Of a stretch of DNA of 64,000 bases, positions 61,326 to 64,000 are shown in pieces. The stretch's first letter is position 1. Every line of letters begins with the position of its first letter. The stretch is from positions 124,001-188,000 of the forward strand of contig JALMLS010000100.1 in the NCBI GenBank assembly GCA_038496445.1, read 5' to 3'. Below the pieces are notes generated by a model. The model worked only from the letters and a program-made list of their open reading frames with translations. It searched no databases and was not told the DNA's origin. Source of the stretch: Trichosphaerium sp. ATCC 40318. Its lineage: Eukaryota; Protista; Tubulinea. A program made the translations under genes and the position numbers.

Positions 61326-62100
61326 ATGCAACGGCGAAGTTGGATTTACATAGTGGTAATCGCGCTGATCGTGCTATTGATTATAGACGCGTCACTAGCC
61401 AAGAAGAAGAAGAAAAAGACAAAAAAAAAGAAAAAGAAGCCAGACACCTCAGGTGCGACCAAATTACCTTTCAATCGCTCCCTGCTTAGTATTAATTCAA
61501 GGCAAAACATGCCAAGACGCAACTGACACAACCAAAACATTTCCGTATGAACAAGGGCGCAATTTAGCAGAAATGACAGATCTACAGTGGTCCAAGCGCA
61601 ATTGTTGGGGTAACCCAAGTGTCAAAGGCATTTGGTACAAATTCAAAGGAAATGGAGAACAAATCAAAGTGACAACATGTCACTCGAATACAACCGTAGA
61701 AACAGGTCTTGATGTCTACGGTGGCGATTGCAAGTTCCTAAGATGCATGGGTGTTAGTAGAGGAGACTCTAGCTGCACAGCAGCTCAAGTACGCTCTAAA
61801 ACAACAAATTGCAAAAGCAACCACTAAAACGTGCTTTAAAATTGTAGAATGACAATGGATCTACTGTTCTCGTTGATACAGAAGAAGGAGAAGATTATTA
61901 TGTGTTGGTATATGCCAGTGGGTTCATGGTACGACCTTTAATTTTGACAGTTTTACCAACCAAACAAAAAAAATTAAAGGATTCTAATGACTTTGTAGAT
62001 TGGATTGTATCACTTGGGAATACTACCTGCTGATGGTGATTTTCCATCAAATGCAATAGAAGTACAAACTGACGGCGTTGATTCAAAAATAGAACTGTAG
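61326..62100 (+). CDS. Secreted/ER protein with poly-Lys tract and a Cys-containing domain; ends in KIEL
   Basis: Signal/anchor, then KKKKKKTKKKKKK and GIWYKFKGNG..VTTC..LDVYGGDC..LRC. The last exon ends DSKIEL-stop. Confidence 0.6.
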
Positions 62101-62245
62101 AAATGAGGCAACAAGGTGTTGTTGATCATATAAAAAAATGTAATTTGAGGAAAAACAAGAAAAAAAAAGATTTCGAGTGTGCTGAAAAGTTCATTGTGTT
62201 GTCTCTTATAATCTTTTATTCAATAAAAATAGATGACATAGTAGG

Positions 62246-64000
62246 CTATATGTACGCTTGAAAACTTTGTGAAGGTGGTTTTGCGATTTCATTAGTAAGT
62301 AACTCGCTAGCCATTGTGTATAACTCTTGTAATCCGGGGTCTGTTTCCATTTTTTCAAAACCTACAGTAAAAATATTTCTTAGTATGCAATCTTTCACTC
62401 ATAACAAGACAATGAACGGTAAAACCAAAACAGAAATCCATAATGTGTGCTTTTTGAAAGTAGAAAAAAATAAGAAAAAAGTTTGTGTTCGTACCATAGT
62501 CCTCAAAGGCTTGTATGCACGTTTTGAACAACTCAATCTTTTTTTCGTCTTTTTCAATCTCTGTTTTTAATCTCTTTCTAACTACCACAGCACGATTCGA
62601 TGTGTTTCCATTATTAAGTGTACTCCGTTTGGCCTAGGAATGAAAAAAATGAGAAAACAAAAAAATAACTTTAACTAAACAAAAATCAAATAAAAGATAG
62701 CGAGAGCGTACAGTCTCCTCTACAAATACAAACTCATCAAGTGAAAAATTTTGAATTGAGTCTTCAAACTCAATCTTATATTTATCCATACTCGAACTGA
62801 ACGATATGCACTTGCCAACACGTTTCTAAATAAATCATTACAAAATCACGTCCATCAAAGAAAAAAAGCAATGGGCCTTACATCTGCTCTAATCATTACT
62901 CGCTTGCCAACAAGCTGAGTTTTTTGAACTCTTCTCTTTTTTGTAGCAGGCAGAGCAGCATCAGTTATAGATCTTACAGCTGGCGCTCGTCGTTTTCGTG
63001 GACGTGGAATTACTTCATCAAACTCTTCGTCCTAAGTAACTTAATTTAGATAAAAAAAAATCTACGAGAATACCACAGGTGTGTACTATGTACCTCAGAG
63101 TCACTTGCCTCAACAACGGGTTTCTTTTTTTTGGGTGTCCTCTTTTTTGAAATTTTTAGAATCTTTTTTGTGTGAACTATATCTTTGTCTTCTGGTGTAT
63201 CACAAGAACCTCCTGATAAAGAACAATAGTATTGTTTCTTATCTTCTATAAGATCAATCTGTAACTTTGGTATTTTTCGCCACTGGGTAGAAAGAAAGAA
63301 GCGTTAGCCACACTGAACGGTAGTATAAGTAGTACTTTTCTACATTTCTGACAGTAACCATATGGCGTATCTGGCATGCTGTCTTCGCCTATTCTGGCCC
63401 ACACATTACGAATTTGTCCTGTAGGAAACGTTGCCGCCCAGTAGTGCTTCAGCCTTAAATATAAAAGTAAGAAAAAAGAAGAACACTTCATGACTTTAGA
63501 CTAAAACAACAAAAAAGTGTGACATTTTTTACCAACAATGATGTACCTTGTTGAAAGTTGGTTCTTAAAGTTAAAAAACTCAGAAGTTTGCATAAACCCC
63601 TGTTTTGTATGGTTTGGTTGTAAGAAAGAAACCTCACAAACACCAACAACACCTCTACCACGTGATGATGCTTCTGTCATCATACCAATTTTCCAATTAT
63701 ATCTAATAAGTCTATTACGTGTATAGACAAAGAAACCAAACTGTGATCCTTTTTTTTCTGGATTTGTTATACATCCCATAGTCACCTTGTTTTAACCGTT
63801 ATTTTTTAGCGACTTTAATTATCACACATGTGGTAACACGTGATCGTGATGGGATTGTTTTTATTGTTACCTTTGTCATTTTCTTTCCTCTTGGTGTATA
63901 CGATGTTGTTTGTGTCAAACAAAGTGTACGTGTTAGAATAACAGGTTGAATTAGTTTACCCTATTGATTGTACCCAGTTAATGGTTGCAATGTTAAAAAT
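62246..64000 (-). CDS. MORC-family GHKL ATPase with CW zinc finger (5' part outside the window)
   Basis: MORC S5 domain GFFVYTRNRLI...GVVGVCEVSFLQPNHTKQGF, zf-CW CQKCRK-WRKI..YC....CDTPED, and a C-terminal coiled coil. Confidence 0.85.

Overview
Compact, intron-dense, AT-rich eukaryotic genomic DNA. Introns are mostly about 40-130 nt with GTAC/GTAA donors, and the sequence looks protist-like, possibly amoeboid (taxon is inference only). I reconstructed about 26 host protein-coding genes by eye; boundaries of multi-exon genes are approximate. Housekeeping-type genes include cysteine dioxygenase, OTU1/YOD1, a WD40 protein, a Na+:solute symporter, a CRT-like transporter, Acinus, a PL14 lyase, an ankyrin protein, a GH38 mannosidase and a MORC ATPase. 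Main highlights: (1) a signal peptide + NHL beta-propeller spliced in frame to a complete OSCA/TMEM63/CSC1 channel; (2) a riboflavin synthase-RibD trifunctional fusion; (3) a complete, apparently young Ngaro-type tyrosine-recombinase retrotransposon with identical split direct repeats, whose gag and RT are in frame across a single TGA; (4) an intron-containing SIR2_2 protein of the bacterial-immunity type, within a run of bacterial-like genes; (5) intron-poor F-box-MORN and F-box-LRR genes resembling giant-virus repeat proteins, with local duplication and surface diversification. No rRNA, tRNA or CRISPR array was recognised.
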